IMG/VR virus record: IMGVR_UViG_3300037743_000134
Location: 14,266-78,265 of that record
DNA: 64,000 nucleotides
Origin: a virus
Taxonomy: Duplodnaviria; Caudoviricetes
Reading direction: 5' to 3' (one strand)
Positions 20,341 through 29,365 of this stretch are shown here, piece by piece. The notes beneath the pieces are model-generated. The model was not told the origin of the DNA. It saw only the letters and a list, made by a program, of their open reading frames with translations, and did no database searches. Each line of letters opens with the position of its first letter. Within the stretch, counting starts at the first letter, position 1. The translations under genes and the position numbers were made by a program.

Positions 20341-21192
20341 GTGAAGCGGGCACCCAGAAGCGAAGAGCAAAAGCAGCGGGATCGCGAGTGTGCAAAGCGC
20401 TGGAAAGAACGTAACAAGGGTAGAGCAAAGGCTGCTCGGAGACGCTGGGTGCTAGCAAACCCAGAAAAGGTAAGAGCACAGAAGCGGCGATGGTATGCGC
20501 GGCACCGCGAGGAATGCCTGGCCTACCTAAAGAAACGCTACGCTGCGGTTCCCGAAAAAATCAAAGAGAGTGTCCGACGCACCCGGGCGAGCAAGCTGAA
20601 GAGGGCGAAGGCGCGCAAGCATCTGGAGAAGAGGCGCGCGTGGCGAGACAAGAACCGCGAAAAAATACGAGCGCAGCAGCGCGCACGTTACGCAGCGAAT
20701 CCGGCGAAGTACAAAGCTCAGCAACGGGCAATGCATGCCGCACATCCGGAACGGAAACGCTATGCGGCCAAGATGTACAACGCGGCAAACAGCGAGCGCA
20801 AAAAGGCATATTACAGGGAATACAATTCCAAGCACGCCGCGAAAAAATCGCGGGCATCGTTGCTGTGGCAGCACGCGAATCCTGAAAAAGCCAGGCTACA
20901 AAAGAAGCGTGCCATTCATAAAAGGCGAGCTCTGCTGAGAGATTCAGGGTCCACCGGCTTCACATCGGCGCAGTGGTTATCACTGGTGGAGCGCTTCGGT
21001 GGATGCTGCGCTTACTGCGGGAAACCTGGAACCACCATCGATCACGTTGTACCCATCGCGGCCGGCGGACGCGACGAGATCAGCAATGTTCTTCCCGCAT
21101 GCAAAAGCTGCAACGCGAGCAAGGGAAACAAGGTCCTGGCAATATGGCTTGCACAGAAAGGCTACGTGGACCCACGTAGCAAAGCAGCGTAA
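20341..21192 (+). CDS. HNH endonuclease, close paralog of 14798..15619
   Basis: CAYCGKPGTTIDHVVPIAAGGRDEISNVLPACKSCNASK; GTG 20341 in the 19825 frame. Confidence 0.9.
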   Translation: MKRAPRSEEQKQRDRECAKRWKERNKGRAKAARRRWVLANPEKVRAQKRRWYARHREECLAYLKKRYAAVPEKIKESVRRTRASKLKRAKARKHLEKRRAWRDKNREKIRAQQRARYAANPAKYKAQQRAMHAAHPERKRYAAKMYNAANSERKKAYYREYNSKHAAKKSRASLLWQHANPEKARLQKKRAIHKRRALLRDSGSTGFTSAQWLSLVERFGGCCAYCGKPGTTIDHVVPIAAGGRDEISNVLPACKSCNASKGNKVLAIWLAQKGYVDPRSKAA

Positions 21193-21194
21193 GC

Positions 21195-21737
21195 ATGTTA
21201 GTGACGGCCGTTCCGTTTGATGTCGAGCGCAACTTAGGCAGAGCCTACAACCAAACCATGGCCCGTCTGCTGCCGGGCGATTGGCTCTGCGGGATCGACC
21301 ACGACGTCGCATTCACGACAAAAGACTGGTTTCCGCAACTGCTCACGGCCATCGAATCGAAGCCCGACGCCGGCTTGATTACTGCGGTTACCAATCGCAT
21401 AGGGCGCCGAGAACAGGTCGTTCCGGGTGCGCCGGCTGGTCACGACATGCTTGAGCATCGAGCATTCGGAGCCGCACAGCGCGACCGTTACGGTGCAGCA
21501 CTAGAGGATATTACGGACGGTCCTGTCATCAGCGGCCTTCTGATGTGTTTGTCGCAACAGACGTGGCGCGCAATGGGCGGCTTCGCCGATGGGATGATGG
21601 GCGTCGACAACGAAGCCCATCGCAGTGTCCGCCGGATAGGTAAGCGCGTTTACCTCATGCGGGGTCTCTATCTCTGGCATCTTTATCGCGCGGACGGCAT
21701 CGGTCACACAAACGCACCGCGCGCGAAACGTAAGTAA
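21195..21737 (+). CDS. GT-A fold glycosyltransferase (GT2-like)
   Basis: NLGRAYN, LCGIDHDV (DxD), GGFADGMMGVDN, LWHLYR. Confidence 0.75.
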   Translation: MLVTAVPFDVERNLGRAYNQTMARLLPGDWLCGIDHDVAFTTKDWFPQLLTAIESKPDAGLITAVTNRIGRREQVVPGAPAGHDMLEHRAFGAAQRDRYGAALEDITDGPVISGLLMCLSQQTWRAMGGFADGMMGVDNEAHRSVRRIGKRVYLMRGLYLWHLYRADGIGHTNAPRAKRK

Positions 21738-21750
21738 AGGCAGGGCAACA

Positions 21751-22167
21751 ATGGCAGGCAAGGTAGTCGCCACGGAAGTGGCGGAGCAGGAGTTCGCGCG
21801 CTTTCTCGAGGCAATGGATCTCGCGGAGAAGTGCGACGCGAAAGGCCTCGACGTCGAGGACGCGAAGTCTCTCACCGACGTGAAGCGCACGATCATCAGC
21901 GCAATGGAGCGCGGCAATCTCGTGGTCGACGACAAGGGCCAGCCGGTCTACACGCCGAAGGCTGGCGACAACCGAAACCCGATCACGTTTCACGAGCCGA
22001 CGGGCGCCGACCTCATGGCGATCGATCAAGCCAAGAAGAGCGAGGACATGAAGCGCGCGTTTCAGTTACTCGGCGCGGTCACAGGCGAAACGCCAGCGCG
22101 ATTCGCGAAGATGCTCAACCGTGACATCGTCGTCTGTCAGGCAATCTTCGCACTTTTTTTAGGCTAG
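21751..22167 (+). CDS. Tail assembly chaperone (gpG-like / Mu gp41-like)
   Basis: ITFHEPTGADL motif; precedes tape measure gene; slippery site at 3' end. Confidence 0.8.
   Translation: MAGKVVATEVAEQEFARFLEAMDLAEKCDAKGLDVEDAKSLTDVKRTIISAMERGNLVVDDKGQPVYTPKAGDNRNPITFHEPTGADLMAIDQAKKSEDMKRAFQLLGAVTGETPARFAKMLNRDIVVCQAIFALFLG
22155..22161 (+). promoter_or_regulatory. -1 programmed ribosomal frameshift heptamer T TTT TTA
   Basis: In frame CTT TTT TTA GGC TAG; the -1 frame is open to 22394; hairpin CGCACG/CGTGCG at 22173-22189. Confidence 0.85.
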
Positions 22168-22394
22168 AGGTCCGCACGCTGCTCGTGCGCGGCGGCTATG
22201 ACTGGAAGCTCGAGCCGCACCGCGAGACCGGCGTAGCGACGCACACGCTGCCGAATGTCTACGGCGAGATGATGCTCCAGGTCTGCTCGGACTATCCCAA
22301 CGCGCCGCCAGCGCGGACGATGACGCTGAGCGAGATACGGTTTTTCTACGAGGGCTTGCGCGCAGGTTTGCGCAAGACAACAAAGCCAAAGTGA
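22161..22394 (+). CDS. Frameshifted C-terminal extension of tail chaperone (gpGT-like)
   Basis: The -1 frame continues RLEVRTLLVRGGYDW... and includes the 22185..22394 ORF. Confidence 0.75.
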   Translation, partial: RLEVRTLLVRGGYDWKLEPHRETGVATHTLPNVYGEMMLQVCSDYPNAPPARTMTLSEIRFFYEGLRAGLRKTTKPK

Positions 22395-22397
22395 CGC

Positions 22398-24434
22398 ATG
22401 GGCAAGTTTTCAATTAAGGCGCTGTTCAGCGGCGAGGATAAGGGCGTCGGGCGCATCATCTCGAAGATTGAAGGGCGACTCTCGCGGTTCGCGAAGGGCG
22501 CCACCGTGGGTTTCGGCTCGAGCATGAAAAAGGTTCTCGGCGCCGTCGGCGCTGGCGTCGTCGGCGCCGGCATTGCTGTGGCGGGCGCAGCCACTACGGC
22601 AGCGATTGCGCTCAAAGACGTGATCGAGACCGGCGTCGATTTCGAAAAGACCATGATCGGCGCGGCGGCAAAGTTCTCGCCTGCGTTCCGTCAGGGCACA
22701 GCAGAGTTTGCCAAGCTCGAAGCGGCCGCAAAGAAGATCGGCGAAACGACTGAGTTTTCCGCATCGCAAGGCGCGGCCGGTCTCAAGGATCTCGCAAGCG
22801 CGGGCTTTACATCGACGCAGGCGATCGCGGCACTGCCGCGCATCGTCGACCTTGCAACCGCTGCCGAAATCGAGCTCGACGCGGCGAGCAACATCGCAGC
22901 GAAGTCACTCGGTGCGTTTGGTTTGATGAGCGACGACGCTGCTCAGCTCGGCGCCAACCTGACGCGCATCACCGACGTCATGGCGCGCACCGCAGACGCA
23001 ACCGCGTCGAGCATGGAGGGCCTATTCGAGACCATCCAAGAGGGCGCGCCGGTCGCGAAGGCCGCGGGCGTTTCGCTCGAGACGTTTATGGCGCTCGCTG
23101 GTCAGCTCTCGCAAAGCGGCATCGAGGCGAGCGTCGCCGGTACGACACTCAAGAACGCAATGCTCATTCTCGCTGCGCCTACCGGCACAGCCGCGAAGGC
23201 GCTGAAAAAGCTCGGCATCCAGACGAAGGATTCGAAGGGCAATATGAGGGACATCATCGATGTCCTGGGTGAGCTCCAGACGAAGACGGCCAAGATGGGC
23301 ACGGGTCAGAAAGCCGGCGTGCTCGAGGAAATCTTCGGCAAGATTCCGATCGCTGGCGTTACATCGTTGCTCGATGCGGGATCGGAAAAGCTGCGCGGCT
23401 TGCGGGGCGAGCTTGAAAAGTCCGGCGGCTCGACCGCGCGCATGGCGGGCATCATGCGTGATGCGACCGCTGGCGATCTGAAAAACTTCTCGTCCGCCAT
23501 CGAATCGGTCAAGCTCGCCGTCTTCGACGTCGTGAAGGGACCGCTCAAAGACGTCGTCAGGAGCGTTACGGAATGGATGCGCGCCAACAAAGAACTGATC
23601 GCGGCGAGCATCAAGTCGTTTCTCGATACGATGATCGAAGGCGCCACATTCGTCCGCGACAACTGGGGCACCATCGCGCCGATCCTGAAGGGCATTGCGA
23701 TTGTGATCGGCGTGCTTGTCGCTGGCGCAACGCTGCTGTTCGCTCCGTTCTACGCCGTAGTCGTGGTGGTCGGGCTGCTAATCGGCAAGCTCGTGGAGTT
23801 CGGGGCATGGGTGATTTCGCTAAAGGGTTTCTGGTCTGCGTTCGGGAGCTTCTTTGTTGGGCTGTGGGAAATGATCAAGGGCGTCTTCGTCGGCGTCGTC
23901 GAGTTCCTTGTGGGTCTCGCGACGCTTTGGGTGGGGACGTACATGTCGCTCTGGTCTCCGTTTGCGCCGTTCTTCTCTGGACTGTGGGAAGGCATCAAGA
24001 GCATCTTCTCCGGCGCGTGGGACTTCATCGTCGCGGCAGCATTCGTTGTGCGCGATGCCTTTATGGCTGTCTGGGCACCGCTTGCGGGATTCTTCTCGGG
24101 CTTGTGGCAGGGCATCGTGGACACGTTCAACACGGTCGTTGGCCCGATTGTCAAAGTGATCGGTGGCGTGATCGACAAGGTCCGCAGCATCGGACGCGGG
24201 ACACTCGGCACGGAGACCGCGGAGGGCGAGTCGCCTGCGCCTGGCGCGGTGCCCGGCACGACACCACAGAAACAAGTCATCGCTCCCGGCGAGCGCGTGG
24301 CCAAGAGCATCAGCGAGAGCACGACCAGGGGCGAGGTTACGGTCAAGGCAACGAAGGGCACCGAGGCCAAGGTCAGCAAGCCCATGAGGGGACCCGGCGT
24401 CGGCCTGCGGGTCTCGCCCTCGGGCGCGTTCTGA
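22398..24434 (+). CDS. Tape measure protein (TP901-type core)
   Basis: TEFSASQGAAGLKDLASAG, AGTTLKN, C-terminal W/F-G-rich amphipathic repeats. Confidence 0.92.
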   Translation: MGKFSIKALFSGEDKGVGRIISKIEGRLSRFAKGATVGFGSSMKKVLGAVGAGVVGAGIAVAGAATTAAIALKDVIETGVDFEKTMIGAAAKFSPAFRQGTAEFAKLEAAAKKIGETTEFSASQGAAGLKDLASAGFTSTQAIAALPRIVDLATAAEIELDAASNIAAKSLGAFGLMSDDAAQLGANLTRITDVMARTADATASSMEGLFETIQEGAPVAKAAGVSLETFMALAGQLSQSGIEASVAGTTLKNAMLILAAPTGTAAKALKKLGIQTKDSKGNMRDIIDVLGELQTKTAKMGTGQKAGVLEEIFGKIPIAGVTSLLDAGSEKLRGLRGELEKSGGSTARMAGIMRDATAGDLKNFSSAIESVKLAVFDVVKGPLKDVVRSVTEWMRANKELIAASIKSFLDTMIEGATFVRDNWGTIAPILKGIAIVIGVLVAGATLLFAPFYAVVVVVGLLIGKLVEFGAWVISLKGFWSAFGSFFVGLWEMIKGVFVGVVEFLVGLATLWVGTYMSLWSPFAPFFSGLWEGIKSIFSGAWDFIVAAAFVVRDAFMAVWAPLAGFFSGLWQGIVDTFNTVVGPIVKVIGGVIDKVRSIGRGTLGTETAEGESPAPGAVPGTTPQKQVIAPGERVAKSISESTTRGEVTVKATKGTEAKVSKPMRGPGVGLRVSPSGAF

Positions 24435-24435
24435 C

Positions 24436-25761
24436 ATGCCCGACCTTCGCGAAGCCGCCTACACGTCGCCGCACGGGACGCGCATCACCTTTCACTACGA
24501 GGACGTCAGCCGCGAGACAACCAAGCGCGGGACGGCATTCGAATTCCCAGGCGTTGACGATGCGTACGTCCAGCACAAGGGCCACAGCTCGCGGCGCTAC
24601 CCGCTGCGCTGCATTTTCTGGGGCGAGATCCACGACCAGCTTGCGACGTCCTTCGAGGCGATCCTTCTCGAGTCCGGTATCGGTCGGCTCGAGCATCCGC
24701 TTTACGGCTCATTCGACGCCGTTCCGTTCGGCGACATCACGCGCCGCGACGACCTGAAAAACGAAGCGAACCAAACGATCGTCGAGGTCACGTTCTGGAC
24801 CACGATCCCGGCGCTCTATCCGCAAGCCGGGCAGAATCCGCAGAGTGAGATCCTCACGGCGCTCGACGACTTCGACATTGCGCAGGCGCAGCGCATCCAG
24901 GACGCAACGGATCTAGCGGGCGCGCTGAATCAATCCAACGCCAAGGCCACGACCAAAGGCATGGTCAAGAGCACGGGCGCAGCGCTGAAAAACAGCGCCC
25001 GCGCCGGCACGAGCGTGGGGCGCACGTTTGCCGGTCTGCAAAACGAAATCACGATCGGTATCGACGTTCTCATCACCGACCCGGCGACACTCGTCGCGAA
25101 AGTGACGGAGCTCGTACGCACGCCCGCGCGCGCATTCGTGTCAGTGCGGCAGCGGCTCGATGCTTACGCGGCGCTGGCGGCAAGCATATTCGCCTCGCCT
25201 GCCGGGCGGCCCGCGGATGCGCTCGTAAGCGGCACCGCGCTCGCGACGCGCACGACGCAGATCGGGAATGACTTTCACTTCGCTGACGTGTTCGCGTTGA
25301 GCACGCTTGCTGGCAGCGTGACGGTCGCAACGCGCGAGCCGCTCGACGACGCGGGACGCATCGTGCGCGGTCCAATCTTTCGCACCAAGCCCGAGGCGCT
25401 CACGGCAGCCGAGCTCATCCTTGCGCAGTTCGACGATGTAGTCGCTTGGCGTGACGGCTGCCTCGAAGCGCTCGAGACGATCCCTGGCGTGCACCGCTAT
25501 CAGGTCGACACTGGCGAGGCGTATCAGGCGATCCAGTCCGCCGTAGCGCTGACCGTGGGCCGGCTAATTGAGATCAGTTTCTCTCTCGTGCCAGAGCGCC
25601 GCATCGTGCTCGACCGGCCGCGGACCATCATCGACCTGTGCGCGGAGCTTTACGGCGAGGTCGACGACAAGCTCGACTTTCTCATTGCGAGCAACCAGTT
25701 GACGGGCAGCGAAATCCTCGAGCTCGAGCGCGGCAAGTCGATCTTGTACTACCCGGACTGA
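24436..25761 (+). CDS. Mu gpN-like 'DNA circularisation' / tail-baseplate protein
   Basis: LREAAYTSP.G, FEFPG, GRLEHPLYG; C-terminal LysM-like TIIDLCAELYG. Confidence 0.85.
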   Translation: MPDLREAAYTSPHGTRITFHYEDVSRETTKRGTAFEFPGVDDAYVQHKGHSSRRYPLRCIFWGEIHDQLATSFEAILLESGIGRLEHPLYGSFDAVPFGDITRRDDLKNEANQTIVEVTFWTTIPALYPQAGQNPQSEILTALDDFDIAQAQRIQDATDLAGALNQSNAKATTKGMVKSTGAALKNSARAGTSVGRTFAGLQNEITIGIDVLITDPATLVAKVTELVRTPARAFVSVRQRLDAYAALAASIFASPAGRPADALVSGTALATRTTQIGNDFHFADVFALSTLAGSVTVATREPLDDAGRIVRGPIFRTKPEALTAAELILAQFDDVVAWRDGCLEALETIPGVHRYQVDTGEAYQAIQSAVALTVGRLIEISFSLVPERRIVLDRPRTIIDLCAELYGEVDDKLDFLIASNQLTGSEILELERGKSILYYPD

Positions 25762-26012
25762 GCGCTACGGATCTGATCGTCGTGACGCAATAGAGAACCA
25801 AAAAGCGCATTCAATGTCTCTTGAGCTTTGCTCAATTCGGACAATGCATCCTCGTTGGTGCCGGCAAGGATATGTGCTCGGACGGCGTCGAGCTGGGTCC
25901 GTGCAGTGACTGTTATCCATTGCTGCAGTAATCGTTCGCGAGCAAGGCGTTCCGGATCGTCGCGCCAGGTTTTGTAGGCATCAACCATTATTTTCGTGCT
26001 CGTGTCTGACAT
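25749..26012 (-). CDS. Small moron-like protein, antisense to tail operon
   Basis: 87-aa ORF in AT-richer DNA with its own extended -10. Confidence 0.6.
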   Translation of the reverse strand: MSDTSTKIMVDAYKTWRDDPERLARERLLQQWITVTARTQLDAVRAHILAGTNEDALSELSKAQETLNALFGSLLRHDDQIRSAQSG

Positions 26013-26019
26013 GACGCGA

Positions 26020-26028
26020 AATATACCA
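26020..26028 (-). promoter_or_regulatory. Extended -10 (TGgTATATT) 7 nt before ATG at 26012
   Basis: Minus strand reads TG-G-TATATT-TCGCGTC-ATG. Confidence 0.55.
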
Positions 26029-26038
26029 CAGAGCGACG

Positions 26039-27112
26039 ATGGCCGAGCAACGCGCCGAGCAAGTCTCGCTGCTCATCGACGGGCAACTGTATTCCAAGTG
26101 GACCGAGATCGAGATCAAGCGAGCGATCGATAGCTTTTCGACCGTCACGTTTTCGGCTCCATTCGAGCCCGACCGGTCCGACTTTCGCGACACGTTCCGG
26201 CCGTTCACATTCAAGCCGATCGAAGTCCGCATCAGCTCGATAGGCGTAGAGGGCCAAGACTTCACGCTGTTTCGCGGGACCATGATGGGCGTGCACCCGC
26301 GTGTGGACCCGGGCTCGAGCGTTGTCGAGGTAACTGCCTACGCGCTTCCGGGCGTGTTGGAAGACTGCACCATGCCGGGCGCGTCGGTGCCGTTCGAATT
26401 CCAGAAGCTCGGGCTACGCGAGATAGCGCGCGCGTGCTGCCTTCCGTTTGGCATCGTCGTTTCGTTCGCCGATGACGAGGGCTCACCGTTCGACAAAGCG
26501 AAGCTCGAAGAAGACCAAAAGGTACTGGCTTTCCTGACGGACCTCGCGAAACAACGAGGCATCGTTATCACGAATACGACCGAGGGAGAGCTCCTGTTCT
26601 GGCGCAGCGTGGCGCCTGGTAATCCAGTGGCGCAGCTCGTCGAGGGCGTGCCGCCGCTCACCGCCGTGACGTCAAGCTACGAGCCGCAAGAATACTTCTC
26701 CGAGATCACGGGGTTCGCGTCCGCCAAGCGCGGGCGCGCGGGCAGCAAATACACGGTGCCCAATCCGCACGTGGCCGGCGTGTTCCGGCCAACGTCTTTC
26801 AAGCTCGAAGATACGGACATAGGCGACGTGCCCGCAGCGGTGCGCGCAAAACTCGGACGCATGTTTGCCGGCATGTGTGCCTATTCAATCGATGGCCTGC
26901 CGACATGGCGCACGCCAGCGGACGATTTGTTCGGGCCAAATACGACGCTGCTGCTGACTGCGCCCTCGGCCATGGTGTACGCGGAAAGCGAATTCCTGAT
27001 CCGCGCGGTCACGTATCGGCAGACCGCCGAAAGCGAGTCGTGCTCGCTGGAGCTTTGCTTGCCGGGTGCGTTCGACGGAAACATCCCCGAGGTTTTGCCG
27101 TGGGTCGGGTAG
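26039..27112 (+). CDS. Baseplate hub protein (Mu gpP/gp44-like)
   Basis: VSLLIDG..YSKWTEIEIKRAIDS, GVLEDC, FSEITG. Confidence 0.88.
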   Translation: MAEQRAEQVSLLIDGQLYSKWTEIEIKRAIDSFSTVTFSAPFEPDRSDFRDTFRPFTFKPIEVRISSIGVEGQDFTLFRGTMMGVHPRVDPGSSVVEVTAYALPGVLEDCTMPGASVPFEFQKLGLREIARACCLPFGIVVSFADDEGSPFDKAKLEEDQKVLAFLTDLAKQRGIVITNTTEGELLFWRSVAPGNPVAQLVEGVPPLTAVTSSYEPQEYFSEITGFASAKRGRAGSKYTVPNPHVAGVFRPTSFKLEDTDIGDVPAAVRAKLGRMFAGMCAYSIDGLPTWRTPADDLFGPNTTLLLTAPSAMVYAESEFLIRAVTYRQTAESESCSLELCLPGAFDGNIPEVLPWVG

Positions 27113-27660
27113 CCAAGGTCATCAGCACCGAGCGCGACGCCGACGGCGCGTTGAATGTCCGTGTCGATCCGGGCGGCGGGGCGGGCACATCGGTGCCGCA
27201 CTTCGGCGACGTCGGCGACGACAGCGTCCCGCTTCCTGGCGACTACGCCGCGATCGAAGACTCGGCGGGCGCAGGCGCCGAGCAAGTCACTGGCTACCAC
27301 GATCCGAGAAACGCTGGCGTCGGCCTGCCTGGCGAGGTCAAGAAGAACGCCCGCAACGATGACGGCGAAATCGTCGGCTACGTCTGGTTGCAGAAGACCG
27401 GCGACATAGAAATCCGCGCCCTGAACGGTGCACGGATCAGGTTCGTTACGGACGGCCCCGTCGAGCTCGTCAGCCCCAACGTGCTCATCAGCGACGCCGC
27501 GGGCGCAGGTCTCGCGCGCGTGGGGGATCTGATCGCCGGGACGGTGCACGCGCTCAGCGCCTCACCGGGTGCACCGATCGTCCCCGGTCCACCGGTACCC
27601 GGCGGCGGCGTCCCATTCGTCGGGCAAATCATCAGCGGCTCGACGAAGGCCAAGGCGTGA
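27100..27660 (+). CDS. Baseplate spike (gpV/gp45-like)
   Basis: GTG 27100; DDSVPLPGD, LPGEVK; C-terminus ARVGDLI...GQIISGS. Confidence 0.75.
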   Translation: MGRVAKVISTERDADGALNVRVDPGGGAGTSVPHFGDVGDDSVPLPGDYAAIEDSAGAGAEQVTGYHDPRNAGVGLPGEVKKNARNDDGEIVGYVWLQKTGDIEIRALNGARIRFVTDGPVELVSPNVLISDAAGAGLARVGDLIAGTVHALSASPGAPIVPGPPVPGGGVPFVGQIISGSTKAKA

Positions 27661-27661
27661 A

Positions 27662-28717
27662 GTGGCTCTGTCGTTCGTCGGCTCCGTCCCCGTGGGCGTC
27701 GCCAATGTCGGCCTGACCGCCTCGGTCGCAGGCCTGACCGCCGAGCTCACGAAACTACAAGCCGAGGTCACCGCGCTCACTCCGGCTGTCGCTGGACAGG
27801 TGCAGGTCACCGCAAACTTTCCTCCGAACCCGGCCCTATTCGCGACGGCTCGGCTCGGCTGGCTCGACCCGCTCACAATGGCGGCCGCGTTCGGGCAAAT
27901 GGTCACGGCGGGCGCTGGCGCAAACGTGGACATCGCGGCCAAGCTCGGCACCGTGACCGCGCAGGTCGAGCTCGTAGCGGCCCTCGTGGCACCCATCGAA
28001 CTCGGTCTCGCGGCGCCCGGCATTGTGGGGTGGAGCTACGCTGGGCGCGCGTCGCGATTCGGTCTCGAGCTCGAGCGATTCGCATCGCCAGGCTTTGGGC
28101 GGTTTGCGGCAACAACCCAAGTCCGCGGCGTCATCATCGCGACCGAGGACTTCGCATCGTGGCAGGCGTTCGCCGAGGGCTTCGAGACCGGGACATCCGC
28201 CATCGCCGAGGCAGTGGCCGACGTGCTCTCGTTTCTCGGCGCCAAGGGCGGCGGGCAGTGGAACCTCGGAACAGCGAGTCTGTTTGCCAGGATCAGACTG
28301 TTGCTCTCGGAGCTCCAGGCTTTGCAAGCGACGCTCGAGGCCAACATACAGGTCACGCTCGGGCTGAATCTCCCGGACGTACCGGCACTCTTCGACCTCG
28401 GGATCGCCGTGGACTTCGATGTAGCGCTCGATAATCTCGTCAACGTCCAGGTGGATTTGACCGCGGCGCTCGGGGATCTGCAGATCAAGATCGACGCGCT
28501 GCTCGCGCTGATAGCCGACATCGATGCGCAGCTCGCATTCGGCGGGCTCGCGGTCTGGACGTACGAGGGAGCGGCCGGAGACATCGGCAGCGAGTTACGC
28601 AGCGCAATCGCCAGCGGCGTGCCGGGTGGCAGCGGCGCGAATGCGACGGCGTACGGTGTGGCGCTCGCGGGAACGCCGGGTGCGCTGGAGACTTTTGGAA
28701 ATGTGTTGCTGACATGA
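27662..28717 (+). CDS. Hypothetical virion protein made of two homologous halves
   Basis: GTG 27662 in the 27569 frame; duplicated LSF.G, W.Y.G and GV motifs. Confidence 0.7.
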   Translation: MALSFVGSVPVGVANVGLTASVAGLTAELTKLQAEVTALTPAVAGQVQVTANFPPNPALFATARLGWLDPLTMAAAFGQMVTAGAGANVDIAAKLGTVTAQVELVAALVAPIELGLAAPGIVGWSYAGRASRFGLELERFASPGFGRFAATTQVRGVIIATEDFASWQAFAEGFETGTSAIAEAVADVLSFLGAKGGGQWNLGTASLFARIRLLLSELQALQATLEANIQVTLGLNLPDVPALFDLGIAVDFDVALDNLVNVQVDLTAALGDLQIKIDALLALIADIDAQLAFGGLAVWTYEGAAGDIGSELRSAIASGVPGGSGANATAYGVALAGTPGALETFGNVLLT

Positions 28718-28920
28718 CCGTTGCAGAACTCATCGAAGCCTTGCGCGCTTTGCCACAGGAAGCGCGGGTCATGTTGAGCTACGACAGCGAAGGGCAAGTG
28801 GTTCCCATGCAGACCGCTTGCATCCAGACGAAGACAGCAAGCGTGCTGGCTGAATGGTATCGCGCAGAGCTCGGTTTCAACGAGGGCGACACGATTGTGA
28901 TCCTCGAGATGGAGGGATGA
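28714..28920 (+). CDS. Small hypothetical protein
   Basis: ATGA-coupled, MTVAELIEALRALPQEARV. Confidence 0.6.
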   Translation: MTVAELIEALRALPQEARVMLSYDSEGQVVPMQTACIQTKTASVLAEWYRAELGFNEGDTIVILEMEG

Positions 28921-28921
28921 C

Positions 28922-29365
28922 GTGACCGACATCCGGATCTTCCAGGCCGACGACGGAGGCGACATCGAATGGATCGCCGGCCAGGCCGTCATGGACGACG
29001 GGCTGGAGTCGTCGGTCTACCTGTCGCTTTTTGGCGGCAACTCGGACGACAGTGGGCTCGAGGCGGACGACGCCAAGCAATTTTGGGGGAACCTGATCGA
29101 GCCCGACCCCGAACGTCACTACCGCAGCGCGACGCAGTTCCTACTCGACACGTTGCCGCTCGTGCCGGCGAACCTGATCCGGTTTCGCGACGCGGTGAAC
29201 CGTGATCTGGCGTGGATGACGAGCACGGGACTCGCGCAATCGATCGCCGTGACCGTGACGATTCCGGCGCTCAACACCGTGGGCATCGCGATTGATTTCG
29301 TCATCGACGACGCTGAGTTTCACTACGTTTTCACCGCCGCGGCGCGCGCGCGATTGCAACAGTAA
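28922..29365 (+). CDS. Baseplate wedge protein (Mu gp46-like)
   Basis: DDGLESSVYLSLFGG, FWGN, DLAWM. Confidence 0.85.
   Translation: MTDIRIFQADDGGDIEWIAGQAVMDDGLESSVYLSLFGGNSDDSGLEADDAKQFWGNLIEPDPERHYRSATQFLLDTLPLVPANLIRFRDAVNRDLAWMTSTGLAQSIAVTVTIPALNTVGIAIDFVIDDAEFHYVFTAAARARLQQ

Noticed and set aside
15612-21737. Cassette as a DNA hypermodification (glucosyl-hmC type) system
   Set aside because: No hydroxymethylase, TET/JBP, kinase or nucleotide-metabolism genes, and the cassette sits among late structural genes; not formally excluded.
23573-24757. 394-aa + ORF inside the tape measure gene, and similar long overlapping ORFs (35476..36678, 3300..4385, 44190..44927, 57652..58554)
   Set aside because: Arg/Ala-rich alternate or antisense frames expected in high-GC coding DNA; no motifs or RBS.
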